A stretch of DNA of 64,000 nt from an uncultured Gemmatimonadales bacterium (GTDB lineage Bacteria; Gemmatimonadota; Gemmatimonadetes; Gemmatimonadales; GWC2-71-9), in assembly GCA_963695555.1 (NCBI GenBank), contig CAVOGR010000001.1:384001-448000 (forward strand), in the 5' to 3' direction. Numbering within the stretch: the first letter of the stretch is position 1; each line of letters begins with the position of its first letter. Below, one piece after another: positions 63,956 to 64,000 of this stretch. The notes under the pieces are model-generated. The model had not been told where the DNA came from. It saw only the letters and a list, made by a program, of their open reading frames with translations, and searched no databases. The position numbers were made by a program, and so were the translations under genes.

Positions 63956-64000
63956 ATGTTACGGAATCTGGTCGGATACGCGGTGTTCGCAGTGGTCGCG
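63956..64000 (+). CDS. 5' end of a small membrane protein (truncated by the window)
   Basis: GGAGG RBS followed by MLRNLVGYAVFAVVA. Confidence 0.55.
   Translation, partial: MLRNLVGYAVFAVVA

Overview
High-GC Gram-negative bacterial chromosome segment. Gene content and order suggest Gemmatimonadota, but that is inference. The right ~40 kb (24.1-64 kb) is mostly intact housekeeping DNA: MlaE/F/D-like ABC transporter, ClC channel, F1-only atpAGDC, waaA, metG/ricT/accA/dnaE, peptidases and lipA-pdhABC-lpdA-lipB. The left ~24 kb is accessory and carries seven minus-strand tRNAs in two clusters. Between the clusters lies a translationally coupled nine-gene operon: OlsB-like GNAT, OlsA-like acyltransferase, DinB, NRDE, a hydrolase-DedA-ATP-grasp fusion and a ferric-reductase-Rieske redox module. 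It is a candidate uncharacterised amino-/peptido-lipid pathway. Downstream of tRNA-Arg(CCG), the tRNA 3' end plus its hairpin is repeated twice more, marking tandem integrase-less islets. The first islet encodes a beta-propeller lipoprotein, a CxxC lipoprotein and two secreted Cys-rich peptides that share an exact N-x-D-G-[ST]-x2-C-x3-C-x5-CC motif. One of these peptides (58 aa) is missing from the supplied ORF track. Frameshifts occur only in accessory genes. All calls are by eye; no searches were run.
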